The notes under the pieces are model-generated. The model was not told the DNA's origin. It ran no database searches and saw only the letters and a list, made by a program, of their open reading frames with translations. Source: an uncultured bacterium (lineage in GTDB: Bacteria > Zixibacteria > MSB-5A5 > UBA10806). From it: a stretch of DNA of 64,000 nucleotides. The translations under genes and the position numbers were made by a program. The stretch spans positions 160,001-224,000 of the forward strand of contig CBEUCH010000001.1 of assembly GCA_965541585.1 (NCBI GenBank), given 5' to 3'. This document shows, piece after piece, positions 58,532 through 64,000 of this stretch. Position 1 is the stretch's first letter. Every line of letters starts with the position of its first letter.

Positions 58532-61384
58532 TTGAGAATCAGGAAGCTAACGTTTATTGCATCGGTCTTGATGATAGGTTCTATATTCGTCTCCGAGGTG
58601 AATTCCAAGACGACCATATTTCATCTCGAATCGCAAGGTCCGCTTCTTCCACAGACGGCGAGAATTGGAGATAAGAAGGCCGGCCATCAGATGGTTATAG
58701 AAAATATTCAGGCCCGGGCGACATTAGCTCAATCGGATTTCATATCGACTTTAGAATCGCTGAAAGCGGAGGGCAAGATAGAATCCTACCGGCGATTCTG
58801 GATAGTCAACGCCGTATCCGTGACCGGCAGCGCCGAGATCCTGGCTATTCTGGAGAAAAGACCTGATATAAAAGCGGTTTTCGATGATATCCCCATAGAT
58901 CTTATTGCACCTGTAGCCACAGGTGATGCGGTTATAATGTCCGCCGGGCCTGAGACGGGAATCAGGATTGTGAAGGCCCCGGAAGTCTGGGAATTGGGGC
59001 TTGACGGTTCAGGTAGCCTGGTCTGCAATTTTGACACAGGAGTATACGGCGATCATTCCGCGCTGATATCGAAATACAGAGGGAATAACGGCAGTGACCA
59101 TAGCGAATGCTGGTTCGATCCTTATTCCAATACAATTTACCCGATGGATAGCCATGGTCATGGCACACACACCATGGGTACTATGGTCGGATCGAGCGAT
59201 GGGGATACCGTCGGCGTCGCTCCCGGAGCACAGTGGATCGCCGCCGCAGTGGTGGATAGAGGCGGTGGTATCGAAAGATCCATATCAGATATCCTGGCGG
59301 CCTTCGAGTGGGCGGCCGATCCCGATGGCGATCCCTCGACCACGGATGACGTTCCCGATGTCATCAACAATTCCTGGGGGATTCCTCTGGGATATTACCC
59401 CGCCTGCGATCAAACCTTCTGGGAGGCGGTTGATAATCTCGAAGCCGCAGGGGTCGTCGTTCTTTTTGCCGCAGGCAACGAGGGTCCTTATCAAGGCACG
59501 ATTCGCACGCCGGCCGATAGAATTGCCACCGATTTCAACTGTTTTTCCGTGGGCGCAATAAATGGAACTCTGGACGATCTTCCCGTGGCAGGCTTCTCCA
59601 GCCGCGGGCCATCAGGATGCGATGATTTGGCTATCAAGCCCGAGGCTACGGCGCCGGGCGTGGCGATCCGCTCTACCAGCAGGACGGGCGGTTACGCAAC
59701 CATGTCGGGAACCTCCATGGCTACGCCGCACGTTGCAGGTGCTGTAGCGATCCTTCGGCAATTCAATCCCAGTGCCACCCCCGCGCAGATAAAACAAGCT
59801 CTGATGAATTCCGCAGCCGATCTCGGCTGGCCGGGTGAGGATAACGACTATGGATGGGGAGTTATCAATATCAGGCAAGCGCTCTATTTCATGCCTCCGC
59901 CGGAAGGCATTTTTCCTGCTCTGGTTTCGCTGGATATCTCAGGCGATGGTATTGCCGATCCGGGTGAGGAATTTCAGCTTGGAATAGAAATCGAAAACCT
60001 GGGCCGCCCCGCTCAGGATATTGTAGTAATTCTGACGGCACTCGATCCCAGAACGACTGTATTATCAGGTGAACTCCCGATAGATTACTTTGATCATCTC
60101 GATACGTTGACCGTGGGCGATTGGCTGGTTTCATTCGGTTCCGATATCACCATTGGCGAAAGACTGCCTTTCAGACTTGATTTTTCCTATTCGGATGGCT
60201 TGAAGGAATTAGACTTTTTTATCACGGCCGGAGGCCAGATCGAGCCTGGAGTAGCCACCCATGACAATGGACTTCTGGCTTTCAGTGTATCGAATATAGG
60301 CCAGTTTGGCCTAGGGCCGGAGTCTCTAAATCCGCTCGGAGGTGAGGGATTCAAGTATCCTGCCGACGGTCTCGATTTTCTAAGAAACGGATCGCTGGTG
60401 CTGGCCACCGATGCCTACCATGTATCCGACGGCGCCATATCATCCGATCCCGATGCCACCGATGATGATTTTGCTCCCGCCATCGGCGGATATCCTCGAA
60501 TCGCGGAACCGGGGCTATATTCCGACCAGGATGGATTTGCCATCTATTCCGACAGCGCCGCCGAGAATCTCATCGGTCTTCTAACAACCCAGAGAAGCTT
60601 CTGCTGGACTGCTCCCGATGCTTACCCATTCGTCACGGTGGAATTCACAATTGAGAATATATCCGGCGTTACAGTAGAATCGCTGTATGTTGGCATATTC
60701 TGCGACTGGGATCTGCCGTTATCCTCCGGAAGCGATGATATCGTGGGCTATATCGATTACGAATCGCTGGGGCATGTTACCGATCTATCGACGGGTGTCT
60801 CCGTGGGCGTGAAGACTATAACATCGCATGCCAGCTCCTATGCGGCCATCGACAACTCCGGACTCCTCGAAGACGGCTTTACGGATCAGGAGAAATTCGA
60901 CATGATGAGATCCGGATTTGATAATATCTCATATTCGATCCCCGGCAATTATTCCCATCTTATCACCGTCGGGCCATATAGAATCGATCCCGGAGAATTC
61001 GAGGTGGTAGCATTTGCCTTTGCGGCCGGCGACGATCTGAATCAACTCATAGCCAACGCCCAAATAGCATTTCTATTATATCCCGGCCTGACAGGAACGG
61101 AATCTGCAGAAGTGCTCCCGAAATCTTTTTCTGTGATCAGCAATTATCCCAACCCGTTTAACGGAAGCACGACTATAGAAGTCTCTGGAGATCTCCCGGA
61201 GAATCAGGTTTTGAATATTTATGATATCGCCGGCAGGCTGGTCAACGATTTGCCCCTGAACGACCGGGGCCGAGTCGTATGGGATGGCACCGACCGAAAC
61301 GGCGCCGAGGTGGCCGCCGGTATATATTTCGCAAAACTTTCCAATAGCGGTTCAGCGGTCAGAAAGATGATCTTTTTGAAATAG
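58532..61384 (+). CDS. Secreted S8 subtilase (bacillopeptidase F-like) with FlgD-Ig/T9SS-type C-terminal domain
   Basis: DTG, HGTHTMGT, NNSWG, GTSMATPHV; NYPNPFN; probable TTG start. Confidence 0.92.
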   Translation: MRIRKLTFIASVLMIGSIFVSEVNSKTTIFHLESQGPLLPQTARIGDKKAGHQMVIENIQARATLAQSDFISTLESLKAEGKIESYRRFWIVNAVSVTGSAEILAILEKRPDIKAVFDDIPIDLIAPVATGDAVIMSAGPETGIRIVKAPEVWELGLDGSGSLVCNFDTGVYGDHSALISKYRGNNGSDHSECWFDPYSNTIYPMDSHGHGTHTMGTMVGSSDGDTVGVAPGAQWIAAAVVDRGGGIERSISDILAAFEWAADPDGDPSTTDDVPDVINNSWGIPLGYYPACDQTFWEAVDNLEAAGVVVLFAAGNEGPYQGTIRTPADRIATDFNCFSVGAINGTLDDLPVAGFSSRGPSGCDDLAIKPEATAPGVAIRSTSRTGGYATMSGTSMATPHVAGAVAILRQFNPSATPAQIKQALMNSAADLGWPGEDNDYGWGVINIRQALYFMPPPEGIFPALVSLDISGDGIADPGEEFQLGIEIENLGRPAQDIVVILTALDPRTTVLSGELPIDYFDHLDTLTVGDWLVSFGSDITIGERLPFRLDFSYSDGLKELDFFITAGGQIEPGVATHDNGLLAFSVSNIGQFGLGPESLNPLGGEGFKYPADGLDFLRNGSLVLATDAYHVSDGAISSDPDATDDDFAPAIGGYPRIAEPGLYSDQDGFAIYSDSAAENLIGLLTTQRSFCWTAPDAYPFVTVEFTIENISGVTVESLYVGIFCDWDLPLSSGSDDIVGYIDYESLGHVTDLSTGVSVGVKTITSHASSYAAIDNSGLLEDGFTDQEKFDMMRSGFDNISYSIPGNYSHLITVGPYRIDPGEFEVVAFAFAAGDDLNQLIANAQIAFLLYPGLTGTESAEVLPKSFSVISNYPNPFNGSTTIEVSGDLPENQVLNIYDIAGRLVNDLPLNDRGRVVWDGTDRNGAEVAAGIYFAKLSNSGSAVRKMIFLK

Positions 61385-61408
61385 AGTTTTCCACCCTCCC
61401 TCCTCTCA

Positions 61409-61446
61409 CAAATCCTCCGGACATGTTTCCGGGGGATTTGTTTTTT
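61409..61446 (+). terminator. Rho-independent terminator
   Basis: CAAATCCTCCGGA/TCCGGGGGATTTG plus T6. Confidence 0.8.
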
Positions 61447-61590
61447 ATGGCGATGTAGTCGGTCAGGCATGTTGCGGAGGGACGAGCGCCCTACCCGCAA
61501 CTGGAGATAATTAAATAAGCCTTGATCTTAACAATCTATAATAGTACTATCACTCTATAAATCTAACATCGTAACGAATCCGCAGGTTGT

Positions 61591-63174
61591 ATGAACGACG
61601 AAAAACCGGATAATGGCGAAAAGCCAAAAGCCCCCCAATGGCTGATAGACAATATCGCCGAGGCTTCTAAAAATACCCGTAAGATATATCTATTGTATCT
61701 CGGCTTTCTGGCTTACTGCGCGTTGACTGCGATCAGCACCACCGACCGTACTCTGGTCCTCAACGAACCGGCACACCTGCCGATCGTCAATGTCGGCGTG
61801 CCGCTTGAAGGATTCTTCTTCTTCGCGCCTATTCTGGCAATATTCACTTTCGTATATCTTCAGCTTAATCTCCAGAACCTGAATGGGCTTAAATCTAAAC
61901 TCAGAAAGGATTACCCTCATGTAAAAAAAGAGCGGATCTACCCCTGGTTGATAAACGTCGTGGATAACCGGGAACCGGGAGCGATGGGCGTAATACAACG
62001 GTTCGTCGTCAGTTTTTCGTTATGGTGGTCGCTGATAGTAGTTTTAATTATATTCGCTCTGTATTATGTGAAAAAACATGATATCGTCATGTCGTATATA
62101 TTGGGCTCTTTGCCGGTAATAGGTACATTCATCGTATTCTGGTTCAGGAGCAAATATGAATCGTTAGGATTTCGAAAATTCTTGCGGAAAGGCAAGATGA
62201 GACTAGCGGCCGGCATTATGATAGTAATGCTTGAGATCTTTTTTCTGGCTTTGATTATACCATGGTCCATGGAGGGCGGAAAATACTATTTTTTGGAACC
62301 GTGGCTATGTGTTGATTTGAGCTATCAAAAATTAGTAACAGAGCCGGAGACAGATTATGAGGGACTCTACTGGGCGGATTTCAACGGCGTACATCTGGAG
62401 GGTGCGAACTTAACATCAGCAATTTTGAAACGCGCTGATCTCTCAAATGCCCATTTAGAAATAGCAAATTTAAATAAAACGAATCTATTTAAAGCTGATT
62501 TAGAAAAAGCCAATTTACAAGGCGCTGATGGTCATGAGGCAGTATTGGACAGTGCCGACCTTTCCCGTGCGAATTTGAGACATGCAAGATTTGGTCTTGC
62601 ATTGTTGCGAGGAGCCGTTCTAGATAGGGCCAACCTTCAAGGAGCCTATTTAGCGTCTGCCAATCTTCAAGAAGCGCATTTATTTGACGCCAACCTTAAG
62701 GGAGCGGTTTTAAGTGAAGCCAACTTTAAAGGAGCGGTTTTATATAGTGCCGAACTTCAAGGAGCGAATTTAGAGGCTGCCGAACTTCAAGGAGCGGATT
62801 TACAGTTCGCCAACCTTCAAGATGCGAATTTAGTGAATGCCAACCTTCAAGGAGCATTTTTATTGACTACCCACCTTCAAGAAGCAATTTTACATTCTGC
62901 GAACCTTCAAGATGCGGATTTAACTGGAGCCCACCTTCAAGAAGCAAGATTATGGGATGCCAACCTTCAAGGAGCGGATTTAGAAGATGCCGACCTTCAA
63001 GGAGCGTTTTTAAAGTCGGTCGAGAATTTAACAATTGAGCAACTAGAAGGAGTCAAAACATTATATGAAGCGAGATTAGATTCTGCTCTTTTCGAGCAGG
63101 TCAAAATCGAATACCCCCATCTTCTGGAGCCGCCGGAAGAGGAAGAGGAGGGCGAATTTCCTTTTTACCCTTAG
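61591..63174 (+). CDS. Membrane-anchored pentapeptide repeat protein
   Basis: About 5 TM segments, then a long A(N/D/E)L-x-x repeat tract. Confidence 0.92.
   Translation: MNDEKPDNGEKPKAPQWLIDNIAEASKNTRKIYLLYLGFLAYCALTAISTTDRTLVLNEPAHLPIVNVGVPLEGFFFFAPILAIFTFVYLQLNLQNLNGLKSKLRKDYPHVKKERIYPWLINVVDNREPGAMGVIQRFVVSFSLWWSLIVVLIIFALYYVKKHDIVMSYILGSLPVIGTFIVFWFRSKYESLGFRKFLRKGKMRLAAGIMIVMLEIFFLALIIPWSMEGGKYYFLEPWLCVDLSYQKLVTEPETDYEGLYWADFNGVHLEGANLTSAILKRADLSNAHLEIANLNKTNLFKADLEKANLQGADGHEAVLDSADLSRANLRHARFGLALLRGAVLDRANLQGAYLASANLQEAHLFDANLKGAVLSEANFKGAVLYSAELQGANLEAAELQGADLQFANLQDANLVNANLQGAFLLTTHLQEAILHSANLQDADLTGAHLQEARLWDANLQGADLEDADLQGAFLKSVENLTIEQLEGVKTLYEARLDSALFEQVKIEYPHLLEPPEEEEEGEFPFYP
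62628..63012 (+). repeat. 30-nt coding tandem repeats (pentapeptide pairs)
   Basis: GCCAACCTTCAAGGAGC.. recurring every 30 nt, in frame. Confidence 0.85.
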
Positions 63175-63228
63175 GATGTTGCTTCGTATCTATACTAAGG
63201 GATAGGTAAGCAGGCCACCCACCCAAAA

Positions 63229-63298
63229 GGACAGAACAATGTTCTGTCCCTACAAAAATATCCAAATGTCCGTAGGGGCGAGGTGACCTCGCCCCTAC
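63229..63298. repeat. Pair of GTAG-type REP-like palindromes
   Basis: GGACAGAACA-A-TGTTCTGTCC-CTAC and GTAGGGGCGAGGT-G-ACCTCGCCCCTAC. Confidence 0.75.
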
Positions 63299-63404
63299 AA
63301 TCTCATCCCAAAAAGTGAAAAGGAACCTATCCCTGTAAACCATAGTTCTATACTGAAATGAGACTTACAAGGATTTGCGTAAATAGGTTTTAGGGCAGGT
63401 TAAG

Positions 63405-64000
63405 TTGAAAAGATATTCAAGATTAGTATTAGCAGGAACCCTGCTTTCGGCTCTTATTATCCTGCTATTATTCATAAATCGGAAATGGACAAATGCCATG
63501 AATAATGAAACCACGGTGCATAAAAACCATCTGGCAAACGAAAAAAGCCCCTATCTGCTGCAGCATGCGGATAATCCCGTGAACTGGTACCCCTGGGGAG
63601 AAGAGGCGTTTGAAAAGGCCAGATTGGAAGATAAGCCGATATTCCTTTCCATAGGCTATTCCACCTGTCACTGGTGCCACGTGATGGAGCATGAATCGTT
63701 CGAGGATTCAATAGTTGCCGCTTTGATGAACGATGCCTTCATCGCGGTTAAGGTCGACAGGGAGGAGCGGCCGGATATCGATAACGTCTATATGAGCGCA
63801 TGCCGGATGATGACCGGCAGAGGCGGATGGCCTCTGACCATCATAATGACGCCCGATAGAAAACCGTTTTTTGCCGGCACCTATATCCCGAAAGAGAGCC
63901 GTTACGGCCGCATGGGTATGACAGAGCTTATCCCGCGAATAAAGCAGGCCTGGATTTCGCAACGAGGAGACCTGCTAAATTCGGCCGCCCAGGTGATTGA
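63405..64000 (+). CDS. Thioredoxin-domain protein YyaL/SPATA20 family (5' part; runs off window end)
   Basis: Not in ORF track. [59 protein letters not shown]; start TTG 63405 or ATG 63498. Confidence 0.93.
   Translation, partial: MKRYSRLVLAGTLLSALIILLLFINRKWTNAMNNETTVHKNHLANEKSPYLLQHADNPVNWYPWGEEAFEKARLEDKPIFLSIGYSTCHWCHVMEHESFEDSIVAALMNDAFIAVKVDREERPDIDNVYMSACRMMTGRGGWPLTIIMTPDRKPFFAGTYIPKESRYGRMGMTELIPRIKQAWISQRGDLLNSAAQVI

Noticed and set aside
62628..63012. Regular 30-nt repeats resembling a CRISPR array
   Set aside because: In-frame pentapeptide coding repeats; no unique spacers of CRISPR size and no cas genes.
1..64000. tRNA, rRNA, riboswitch, prophage or defence island
   Set aside because: None recognised by eye. 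A tRNAscan/Infernal run would be needed to exclude small RNAs.

Overview
A 64-kb chromosomal segment of a Gram-negative, FCB-superphylum-like bacterium. PorV-like, LptE and NYPNPFN/FlgD-Ig C-terminal sorting domains suggest Zixibacteria or a relative, which is an inference. It is mostly core genes: a deacetylase/FAH/M1 peptidase/creatininase operon, outer-membrane genes, hutU and hutI split by a REP-associated tyrosine transposase, ion-transport genes, an 11-subunit complex I operon (nuoABCDHIJKLMN, no nuoEFG), hisS-aspS-phoH-HD-ybeY-corC, rpsT, murJ, waaF and three large secreted proteins. Two candidate novel systems stand out. (1) A remodelled complex I: NuoL carries a 26-aa tandem duplication of its transverse helix, as in '2M' complexes, yet only one nuoM is present. 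An extra translationally coupled membrane gene lies between nuoK and nuoL, NuoJ has a ~125-aa extracytoplasmic insert and NuoL has a His/Glu-rich loop. (2) A sigma54 module: an activator gene, twin TGCGAC-N6-GTCGCA palindromes, an IHF site and a -24/-12 promoter drive a catalytically degenerate GxxExxY protein and a 62-aa histone-H1-like protein. An H1-tail-SWIB fusion and a histone deacetylase lie elsewhere in the window. No rRNA, tRNA or CRISPR array was recognised.
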